This document shows positions 54,454-62,900 of a DNA stretch of 64,000 nt, one piece after another. The translations under genes were made by a program, and so were the position numbers. Within the stretch, counting starts at the first letter, position 1, and each line of letters starts with the position of its first letter. The DNA comes from Clostridia bacterium. GTDB lineage: Bacteria; Bacillota; Clostridia; Saccharofermentanales; UBA5734. Location: positions 13,667 through 77,666 of the forward strand of contig JAXGZQ010000004.1 in NCBI GenBank assembly GCA_040776905.1. Reading direction: 5' to 3'. The notes beneath the pieces were generated by a model. The model did not search any database and had not been told where the DNA came from. It saw nothing but the letters and a program-made list of their open reading frames with translations.

Positions 54454-56058
54454 TCACAATTTGCTGTGTAATCTGCTAATGATCTTTTGTCCGGACTTCA
54501 GCGAAAACACCAATTCTCCAGAAGGTTTCACCAGCACCTCATCAACCGTGACGTTCCACAGTGTTTCGTCAAAGGCGAGAAGCAGGTCTTCATGCTCCGA
54601 CAGGTTTTCGATGAATTGGTCAATCTGATTCTTTCTGGCCAAGCGTTCTTGAACAGCATTGTCCGCTTGCTCAAACTCGGCTTTGGCCTGCTTCACTGCA
54701 TCTTCCAAGGCAGTATATGTTTTCTGGTACTCTGTCTGATCTGATAGCTGCCATTTATTTGCTTCAACATAATCGGCCAGTTCGTTATGTGCCTTGTCAT
54801 AAACTGACTCAGCATCTTTTTGTTTTTGTAAAAGAGAAGGATCCTGGAAAAGCGAGCCCAGGAATGTCTTGGAGGTGTCCAGAATCATCAGTCGATCTGA
54901 AATCATCTGATTCTGGACATCCAGGCAAATGCGTATCAGTTCAGTCTCATAAATGTGTGGCGTCGCGCACTTCTCGCCATTTATGAATTTGTGGTTACAC
55001 TGCCAGAGTGTCTTTCGGTACTGACTGGTTGAATGCCAAACCTTACTGCCGTAATATCCACCGCAACATTCGCAGCGCAGCCTGCTCGAGAAGCAATGCC
55101 GGCTGCTTGATTTTCTGGCTTTTTCAGCTCGCTTTTGGATCTCAAGCTGAGCCAGTTCAAAAACTGCTTTACTGACGATTGGTGGATGGCTGTTTTCGAC
55201 ATAATATTGAGGCACTTCGCCTTCGTTGATTTTCATTTTTTTATTCAAGAAATCGACGGTGAACTTCTTCTGCAAAAGAGCGTCACCCTTGTACTTTTCG
55301 TTGCTAAGGATACTCAGAATAGTACTCTTGGACCATTCTTTCTTTTTCCTTGGTGTAAGAATATGATCGTCCATCAACGATCGGACTATGTCGCCGTATG
55401 TGGCCCCTTCTAGAAACATTCTGTAGATTCTGCGCACAATTTCGGCCTCTCTTGGCACTATTTCGGGTTGACCATCGATTCCTCGCTTGTATCCAAGGAA
55501 GCTGGCATAGGGCATATTGACCTTGCCATCCGAGAATCTTTTGCGTTGACCCCAAGTTACATTTTCGGAAATTGACCGGCTTTCTTCCTGCGCAAGGCTG
55601 GAGAGCAACGTTATTAACAACTCTCCTTTGGGGTCCATCGTATAAATATTTTCTTTTTCAAAGAACACTTCTACGTCTTTACTTTTCAGATCTCGAACTG
55701 CCGTCAGAGTATCAACTGTATTACGTGCAAAACGAGAGACCGACTTCGTGATGATTCGATCGATTTTGCCGGCCAGTGCATCTCTAATCATGCGATTGAA
55801 GCCATCGCGTTTTTTGGTATTAGTAGCCGATATGCCCTCATCCGTATAAATCTCAACAAAATCCCAATCGGGATTGTTCTGGATGTACTGGGTATAATAA
55901 TCAACCTGAGCCTCATAGCTTGAAAGTTGTTCTTCAGTATCGGTTGAAACCCGCGCATATGCTGCCACGCGGAGTCTGGTATTGGGTTTAATCTGATTTG
56001 TCGAAGGACGCGCTTTTGTTGGGGGTATGCAAGTAACTGCACGATCGCCATTATTCAT
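54454..56058 (-). CDS. Large serine recombinase (534 aa, long coiled-coil C-terminus)
   Basis: Motifs RVAAYARVST and ITKSVSRFARNT, with CECCGGYYG...WQCNHK. There is an ATGA overlap with the upstream recombinase. Confidence 0.9.
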   Translation of the reverse strand: MNNGDRAVTCIPPTKARPSTNQIKPNTRLRVAAYARVSTDTEEQLSSYEAQVDYYTQYIQNNPDWDFVEIYTDEGISATNTKKRDGFNRMIRDALAGKIDRIITKSVSRFARNTVDTLTAVRDLKSKDVEVFFEKENIYTMDPKGELLITLLSSLAQEESRSISENVTWGQRKRFSDGKVNMPYASFLGYKRGIDGQPEIVPREAEIVRRIYRMFLEGATYGDIVRSLMDDHILTPRKKKEWSKSTILSILSNEKYKGDALLQKKFTVDFLNKKMKINEGEVPQYYVENSHPPIVSKAVFELAQLEIQKRAEKARKSSSRHCFSSRLRCECCGGYYGSKVWHSTSQYRKTLWQCNHKFINGEKCATPHIYETELIRICLDVQNQMISDRLMILDTSKTFLGSLFQDPSLLQKQKDAESVYDKAHNELADYVEANKWQLSDQTEYQKTYTALEDAVKQAKAEFEQADNAVQERLARKNQIDQFIENLSEHEDLLLAFDETLWNVTVDEVLVKPSGELVFSLKSGQKIISRLHSKL

Positions 56059-57356
56059 TTTCTGGACCTCGCTTTACTAATTGATCGTTGTTTAGCCTGT
56101 TCGCGCATTTCGTGGGTCCATGAGTCTCGGCGTGAACGATCTTCCCAGTTTCGATGCACTATCTTTCCATCTACCAGATGAAAATCAAGTTCATTCCTCT
56201 TGGGAACAGTGATATGCGCTATTTTTTGACCGAAAACCTGGGCATTAAAAACGGGGATACCCAGAACATCAGCCGATAGGTTTTCCAATACTGTTTCTGG
56301 GATAAGCTTGGCGTCCGTGCAAGCATCCTTTCCTATTTCCCAATATGTGTTGCATTGCCATTTTTTCACACCATTGATCGTTCTGCGCATATAATGGCAA
56401 CCGCAGCTTCCACATGTAATTTTGCCTGAGAATGGTGTTACAGTCGCCTTGTTACGTGATTTCGGCCGCCTTGAGTCTAAAACGGACTGAGCTTTCTGAA
56501 ATAACTCCATCGAAACAATTGCTGGATGGTGATCATGAATGATGTATCGTGAAAGCTCGCCCGTATTGGGTCTTAACCTTTTGCTGATATGATCCTCAAC
56601 AAAATACCGCTGCAACTCAACCTGTCCCGTATAGAAGCAGTTTCGTATGATGTTCCTGATGAGTACCCGACTCCATTTGGTGTCCCAAAATGTCGAAGCA
56701 TTCATGCTATTCAACATCATGCAGATTTGCTTAACCTGCATTTCGGCAGCATATGCCTCGAAAATGATCTTTACAATCTCAGCCTGATGGGTATCGACGA
56801 CATACTCATTATTGCGGACTTTATATCCGAATACCGGTTGTAGTTGATATACTTCTCCTTTTTCAAATCGCTTGCGGATCCGCCATTTTCCGTTCTCACT
56901 GGCTGATCGGCTTTCCTCCTGGGCATAGGATGCCAAAATGGTCAGCATGAGTTCGCCATCGCTTGATAAACTATGGATATTCTCCCGTTCGAAAAACACA
57001 TCAATTCCTAACCCTTTTAGTTCGCGTACGGATGCCAAAAGGGTAACCGTATTCCTTGCAAACCGGGATATTGACTTTGTGATGATCAGATCGATTTTAC
57101 CTACCCGGCAGTCATCCAGCAGATGGTTGAATTCAACTCGGTCTGATCGAGTGCCTGTCAGACCTTCATCTGTGTAGATACCGGCCAAAGTCCAATCCCG
57201 ACGCTTTCCAATATATTGATTGTAATAGCTAATTTGTGCAGACATGGAATGAATCATGCTTTCTTTCTCGTTTGAGACGCGTATGTATGCGGCGACTCTT
57301 TTCTTAACCTGAATCTTCGGTTTTGCTTTTATCACTTTGACTGTTTTTGTCGGCAT
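56055..57356 (-). CDS. Large serine recombinase (433 aa)
   Basis: GGAGG RBS and ATG 57356 (MPTKTVKV). Motifs RVAAYIRVSN and ITKSISRFARNT, with CGSCGCHY...WQCNTY. Confidence 0.9.
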   Translation of the reverse strand: MPTKTVKVIKAKPKIQVKKRVAAYIRVSNEKESMIHSMSAQISYYNQYIGKRRDWTLAGIYTDEGLTGTRSDRVEFNHLLDDCRVGKIDLIITKSISRFARNTVTLLASVRELKGLGIDVFFERENIHSLSSDGELMLTILASYAQEESRSASENGKWRIRKRFEKGEVYQLQPVFGYKVRNNEYVVDTHQAEIVKIIFEAYAAEMQVKQICMMLNSMNASTFWDTKWSRVLIRNIIRNCFYTGQVELQRYFVEDHISKRLRPNTGELSRYIIHDHHPAIVSMELFQKAQSVLDSRRPKSRNKATVTPFSGKITCGSCGCHYMRRTINGVKKWQCNTYWEIGKDACTDAKLIPETVLENLSADVLGIPVFNAQVFGQKIAHITVPKRNELDFHLVDGKIVHRNWEDRSRRDSWTHEMREQAKQRSISKARSRK

Positions 57357-57419
57357 GAGTTCGCCTCCTTCCATACACATGAACGCTCTAAAACCCCTTT
57401 GTATCAACGAATTTTAAGC

Positions 57420-57575
57420 CTACATACTGCCGATTATCGGATTGAATTTTTCTACTAATTGTCGATTCAGCCAGGCGTATTCTTTTGAGGTTAGCAAGCC
57501 TTTTTCCAGCATCGACCTTATGATGGAGAGGGCTGCACGGTACTTTACCTCGCTGTCAAAATCAGATGGTGTCAT
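57420..57575 (-). CDS. Small SHOCT-like protein (51 aa), not in the ORF track
   Basis: My translation reads MTPSDFDSEVKYRAALSIIRSMLEKGLLTSKEYAWLNRQLVEKFNPIIGSM*. The ATG overlaps the upstream stop (ATGA at 57572-57575). Confidence 0.55.
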   Translation of the reverse strand: MTPSDFDSEVKYRAALSIIRSMLEKGLLTSKEYAWLNRQLVEKFNPIIGSM

Positions 57576-57982
57576 GAGCTAGCCCTCCCGAAACGCGCCT
57601 GAATATAGCAGCTATGCGAGCAGTACTTGCGATGCCGATTCCCATAACTGTGAAATGTCTTGCGGCAAAAACCGCATTTTGTCTCATACCAAGCAGATTG
57701 TTTTACCGTGTTCCGGTTGGCTTTCCACCACGCCATTCGGCAAACATCGGAGCAGAAGCTCTTTTTCTTTTTCCCCGAAATATGTATCAGCGCTTTACCA
57801 CAGAACAGGCATTGTGAGCACTCATTTGGTTTATCCAAGCCAAAATCATCATTGCCAAGTTTATTTCGGCGACAATATGACTTTACAGAATTGATTGAAA
57901 CATCCAGTGTTTTAGCTATCTGAGCATAGCTTTGACCAGCGGTTCGAAGATGTGTAATTCGCTCTTTAAGTAAACTGTCCAT
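57572..57982 (-). CDS. Sigma-70 region-4-like HTH protein with a Cys-rich zinc-binding tail
   Basis: The HTH region is LRTAGQSYAQIAKTLDVSINSVKSYCRRN. It is followed by CSQCLFCGK...CSDVC...CGFC...CSHSC. I place the start at ATG 57982. Confidence 0.65.
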   Translation of the reverse strand: MDSLLKERITHLRTAGQSYAQIAKTLDVSINSVKSYCRRNKLGNDDFGLDKPNECSQCLFCGKALIHISGKKKKSFCSDVCRMAWWKANRNTVKQSAWYETKCGFCRKTFHSYGNRHRKYCSHSCYIQARFGRASS

Positions 57983-58051
57983 GCAGGGTCCCCCAATCAA
58001 AGGATTGATTTCATCACCATCCACAGGACAGAAAGGACTGGATTGAGTACC

Positions 58052-58101
58052 AAAAATAAAAAAAGACCCACAGAACGAAGACGTGCTTCGCGCTGTGGGT
58101 C
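58052..58101 (-). terminator. Intrinsic terminator after the lysis cassette
   Basis: On the minus strand, a GACCCACAG...CTGTGGGTC stem (58065-58073 and 58093-58101) is followed by a T-run (the A-run at 58052-58064 on the plus strand). Confidence 0.75.
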
Positions 58102-58115
58102 TATGACATGCTTCG

Positions 58116-58571
58116 TTATTCTTCCGGACTGTGATCGTCAGGATTGCCTTTGGTTTTCAGCTGTTCGAACTTGGTTTTCACGAAGTCGGGGAGAGGTAGT
58201 CCCATAATGCCAAGATTCTCCACAATTGACAGCCCTTCATTACCGCAGAAGAATAAGACAATCGCTGTTCGGCAGAAAGCCTGCAGACCGAGGATAGCAT
58301 CGAGCTGTACGCCGATCAACACGACCAACAGAATCAAGCCCTTGCGGACCAGCCCTTTGAAGCCGGCTCGCGACTCGAGCGCACCGGTTTTTGACTTGCT
58401 GGACTTCTGCCAGACGGCCGCGATCAGGATCCCGGTGATGTAATCAATGGCCATCAGGATAACAAGTGTCTGCAATGCTGTATCCCACCCTCCCAGTGCC
58501 TTGGCCAAAAAACTGCCAGCCACTGAGATCGCCACCAGCACTGTATCTTTGATTATTAGTGTTTTGTTCAT
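58116..58571 (-). CDS. Phage holin (LL-H/phage_holin_4 type)
   Basis: 151 aa with three or four TM segments. ...LVILMAIDYITGILIAAVWQKSSKSKTGALESRAGFKGLVRKG... is typical of this holin family. Confidence 0.85.
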   Translation of the reverse strand: MNKTLIIKDTVLVAISVAGSFLAKALGGWDTALQTLVILMAIDYITGILIAAVWQKSSKSKTGALESRAGFKGLVRKGLILLVVLIGVQLDAILGLQAFCRTAIVLFFCGNEGLSIVENLGIMGLPLPDFVKTKFEQLKTKGNPDDHSPEE

Positions 58572-58581
58572 GTTGATCTCC

Positions 58582-59409
58582 TCATTCCTTCGGTATTCTT
58601 AAAATCTGGCCGGTATAGATGGTATACGGTTGCTTGAGGCCATTTAGCTCAATGATCTCCTGATAGCGCCGACCATTGCCAAGCAGTTCCTGTGCAATTC
58701 GCCACGGACTATCACCGGTCTTGACCGTGTACAATCTCTCGCCCTCGACCGAAAGCACCTGGCCGGCATAAATCGTGTATGGTGCGGAAATTCCATTGAG
58801 TTTGGCCAGTTCAAGATACCGCTTACCATCACCCAGCAGTGATTTGGCAATCGACCAGAGCGAATCACTTTTCTGGACAACATAGACATCCGTTTTCTCA
58901 GTGACATAATCAATGAACGGACACTTTAACCAGCGGGTCCAGCCTGTTTCATTGGCGGTCTTGGTCAACCTGGTCTTGATGACGCCAGACTTGGTGCCAT
59001 GCGCCTCGATGACCTCGCCATTTCCGATATAGACACCGACATGACCGTTTTTTGATACGATCAGACCCTTGATCTCAGGGAATGTAGCAATCGGGCCCTT
59101 TTCAGTGGCAGCATTATACATACCGTTGGCCGATACATCCGGCAGGCCGTCCAGCTTGTAGACGATCTTGCCATCATCATCGGTCCAGTAATGCCCCTTG
59201 ATCAGGCCAACACAGTCCTGGACCGGCTTACCCAGCCAGTTGGCGCGGATAAATGACAGGTACGGCATGACCTTCAGTGGATACTGCTTCAGCTTGCCTG
59301 CCAGAAGCGACTCGGTCAGCACATGGCCATACGTGCCATATACATAGCCGGTGCCGAGTCGAGCAATCGCATGACCGACCAGTGATAGATTCGTTTTTCT
59401 TTTCGACAT
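58582..59409 (-). CDS. Endolysin: NlpC/P60 peptidase plus two LysM domains
   Basis: Catalytic Cys in QDCVGLIKG and His in HVGVYIGNGEVIEAH. There are two C-terminal LysM repeats (YVVQKSDSLWSIAK..., YTVKTGDSPWRIAQ...). Confidence 0.88.
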   Translation of the reverse strand: MSKRKTNLSLVGHAIARLGTGYVYGTYGHVLTESLLAGKLKQYPLKVMPYLSFIRANWLGKPVQDCVGLIKGHYWTDDDGKIVYKLDGLPDVSANGMYNAATEKGPIATFPEIKGLIVSKNGHVGVYIGNGEVIEAHGTKSGVIKTRLTKTANETGWTRWLKCPFIDYVTEKTDVYVVQKSDSLWSIAKSLLGDGKRYLELAKLNGISAPYTIYAGQVLSVEGERLYTVKTGDSPWRIAQELLGNGRRYQEIIELNGLKQPYTIYTGQILRIPKE

Positions 59410-59478
59410 GATGATTTCCTCCATAAAAAATGGAGCCCTTTCGACTCCTTTGAATCTTCGATATTCTGCTACAAGCCT

Positions 59479-59626
59479 TTATAGCTTTGTTTCTGGTTCA
59501 GGCTGATCCTCAACGACCTTGATATCCTGTTGAATGGCTGCGATCAGTTGTGCCACTTCGTTGTAGGGTTTGGTCACCAGATAATTGATCATCTGTTCCA
59601 GCAAGGTTTTATCAATCGTAAACCGC
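59479..59626 (-). CDS. Small phage protein
   Basis: Short ORF between the tail and lysis genes, in the same position as XkdX-type genes. No motif recognised. Confidence 0.4.
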
Positions 59627-59638
59627 ATATGTTCCTCC

Positions 59639-59929
59639 TCAAATTTCTCTTGCTCCGGCAAATTCAGGAATTTCCGCTGCCAGTCTGTTGTAAATGTCTG
59701 TGCGTGTATAACCTAGTTCATCCTTTTCGGTTAGATATACTTCCCTGAACGAATTGGCCAGGTTTTGTCCTTCCAGCTTTTCCCGATCCCGGTACGTTGC
59801 ATCGGCATAGCCCATGAGCTGAACAGTAATGGTAGGAATATCCGTCATGTACTGCTCGATAATTGCAACTACACGAAAATAGGAAGCTGTAATCCCTCGT
59901 TCGTCGGTAATGACTTTTTGTAAGGCCAC
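59639..59929 (-). CDS. Small phage protein (97 aa, GTG start)
   Basis: GGAGG followed by GTG 59929 (VALQKVITDERG...). The longer track ORF up to 60115 would overlap the tail gene. Confidence 0.5.
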   Translation of the reverse strand: MALQKVITDERGITASYFRVVAIIEQYMTDIPTITVQLMGYADATYRDREKLEGQNLANSFREVYLTEKDELGYTRTDIYNRLAAEIPEFAGAREI

Positions 59930-59942
59930 GTTTCTACCTCCT

Positions 59943-62900
59943 TTACACCAAAATGGCGAACCAATTAGCGGCAATACCAGAAAAACCAGAACCGCCGATC
60001 GTTGCCTGAAAACTTGTTGTTGTAATATTTCGAATTTTGAGCATGCCAATATCACCAGTAAAATCGTGTGTGTATTGACCAAACACCCTGGGTGCAGATG
60101 GAAATGTCTTGCCAAATGATACGGTCGTCCAAGATGCAGTTGTCAATGACATTGTTCCTGCCGCCCAGCAAGTATTGGTTCCGATGGTAAGTTTATTAAA
60201 ATATCCTTCCAAAGCGTGCACCGCTTGCCAGCGCTTTGTAGTCGTCCCGCAGCGGTCGTTATTATCCAAATGCGGCTCGACACGCCAGCAAGAAACAACA
60301 CCGCTGGCCGAAATGGCACCACTCGTCAGTGCACCACAGGAAAGCGGGTGACCATTGAAGGATGTCGTCCCCCAAAAGTTATGGGTGGCGGATGTGCTTC
60401 CGGTGCTGCCCCAGTCGATCTTGTAGGCTGTGTAAAGGCTGGTTCCGACTACCTTGGCCAGATTAATCGTCGTCGCGCCAGCCGCTGCGGTCAGCCATGG
60501 TCCGGTTGGCCCCACGGTCTGGATCGACAAATAACCCAGCTCGACACTCGAGTTCAAAAGCCGAATAGACCCCGCATCGAGTTTTGCCGACTGCGTTCCA
60601 GAAATGGCTTCAAACGTACCTTTCGCTGTCAGGGCCGATCCGTTCCAAGCAAGTGCTCCGCTGCCAAAGCTGAAGGTTCCGTCATTTAGGTTGATCTGGC
60701 TTCGGCTATCCACACTTTTCAAGGTGCCCGCTACGACGTTCTCTGCACGAATGAGACCCGAATTGACAGGCGTCACAACAGGGCTGAAATGATACGAGGT
60801 CCTAGAAACACCTGCCGTGCCATAGTTCAAATACCGTAGACGGATCCGGTGACAGGTTGACGGCATCCGGCAATAGCTTGTCGCCACTTTTCCCACCGGC
60901 ACCTCGGTTTGGTCTATCACATCACAACCAAGGATGTAAGCTTCAATATTCAACCAGCTCCCGGTCGATCCCGACTTTGACCAGAAATAGAAGTTGGTCG
61001 TCGCCGTTCCAAAGGCGCGTGAGCTGACTGTAAAGGGCGTCACTGAAACAGCAGCGCCGCTTCGATCAATCGCGCTGATGCCAAAATATCGAATTCCGTC
61101 TGCGTCAGCGCAATATATGCTCAAGGTCACCTTGTACGTTTGATTTGGATCAACCTCGAAATAGTCTGAATAGATCACCCGATTTGTCGTTGTCACGATC
61201 CGATGAGCAAGCCCAAGAGATACCGAAACCACACTGCCATCAGTATCCGTCCAGCCGGTTAGCACGCCTGAATTTGAGTAGTTATTGACCAGGCTTTTTG
61301 CCCGGACATCCAGTTTATCGACAGTGATCGACTCTGCAGCGATCCTTGCCGCATCAAGACTTCCTGTCGTTATCTTGCCCGCATCGATGCTGGCAATCTT
61401 CGCACTGGTGATGGTGGCATTGTCGATCTTGGCATCCGTCACGGCCAGGTCCGCAATCTTGGCGTTCGTGACAGCAAGGCTCGCGATTTTACCTTCCGTC
61501 ACCGCCAGGTTTCCAATCTTCCCATTGGTCACGGCAAGGCTCCCTATCTTGGCTTCGGTGACCGCCAGACTGTTGATCTTAGCATCGGTTACCGCGAGGT
61601 CAGATATCTTGGCGGTCGTAATAGCTGCATCAGCCAGGATCCCACTCGCAGCCGTGATCGTCCCTGCCACGAGGTTGTTGGCAGTGATGGTCGAAGCAGC
61701 AATCTTATCGCCCGTGATTGCCGATGCCACAATTTTGTCGCCCGTGATCGCATCAGCCGCAATAAGCGTGGCAGAAATGGCTCCTAGTGCTACTTTTTCT
61801 GTGGTGATGGCACTCGCGGCAATCTTTTCCGTTGATACCGCTCCATCGCCGATTTGCTGGCCGTTGATTGTGCCGACGGTCAGATTGCTGGCGTTTAGAT
61901 TGATGACGTTGATGTTGGCAGCATCGATCGTGCCGGCAGTGATCTTGCTGGCGGTAAGCCCGACTATCTTGGCGTCCGTGATCGAGCCGTCCGCGATCTG
62001 GGCTGTGCCAATGGCCCCGGTTTCAATCAGGGCGTTGGTGATCGCACCGGCCGCTATCTTGGCGGTTGTGATCTGAGCATCCCCGATCTTGGCTGAGGTG
62101 ATAGCACCAGCGGCAATGATCGCGGAATCAACCCCGATCGCACCAGCGATGATCTTGTCCGCGGTTACCGCACCGGCTGCCAGTTTGTCCGTGGTGATGG
62201 ACCCGGCTGCCAGCTTATTAGTCGTGACGCAGCCTGCCTCGATACGTTCTGCTGCCAGGTAACCAGTGGCTATCTTAGCAGCATCAATACTGACTATCTT
62301 GGCATTGGCCACCGCCAGATCGGCAATGACACCGCTTTCCGCAGTGATGGTCCCGGTCGCCAGCTTATCTGCAGTCAGGCTATGTGTCGCGATCCGGTCA
62401 GCTGACAGGGTGCCCGTACTGATAAAGTTGGCGACGATCTGACCATCCATGGTGATCGCAGTGGTGTACGGCCCTGCATAACCATTACCTGAGAAGCTAA
62501 GCCCACTCAGGTTCCAGCGCCAGACACGAGTGGCCGTGTTGATATCAGCTGTGTCCATGATCAGGATCTCGTACGGCTGGTTTAGCTCATCGTAGCGCAT
62601 CACCACATTCCCGGACTCGCCGTTCATGACGAGTGCTGTCACCTGATCGATCGCCAGATTCAGTTCCGCTTTGGTGCTGGAAAGGATCTGGCCCAGGTCA
62701 GCAATCTGCTTGGAGCTATTGCCGCTGTACTTGATCGGGCTATTGGAAAAATCCGCCTTGTTCTTCTCCGGTGTTAACGGATATTCGACCAGACGAACGA
62801 TCCGCTGGGTGTCTGTATACTGATTGGCCTTGTCAAAAATCCGGACTGTGTCGCCCAGCTGGAAATCCAGGATCGCATACTCCGGCCGGCTGCCGACGAG

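Noticed and set aside
54426-54471. Imperfect dyad GTGAGC-ACAA-GCTATCAC across the recombinase junction, considered as a candidate att core.
   Set aside because: Most of the symmetry is produced by the two convergent TGA stop codons. That is too weak to call an att site without comparative data. The region is still flagged in the findings as the likely junction.
61396-61635. Regular 30-nt periodicity that could suggest a CRISPR-like or minisatellite array.
   Set aside because: There are no unique spacers between the repeats. The units are contiguous and in frame, and they encode a decapeptide repeat inside a long ORF.
61285-62076. 263-aa plus-strand ORF rich in Ile/Leu/Ala/Val repeats.
   Set aside because: It is the mirror image of the 30-nt in-frame repeats of the tail gene on the minus strand. 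It is not an independent gene.
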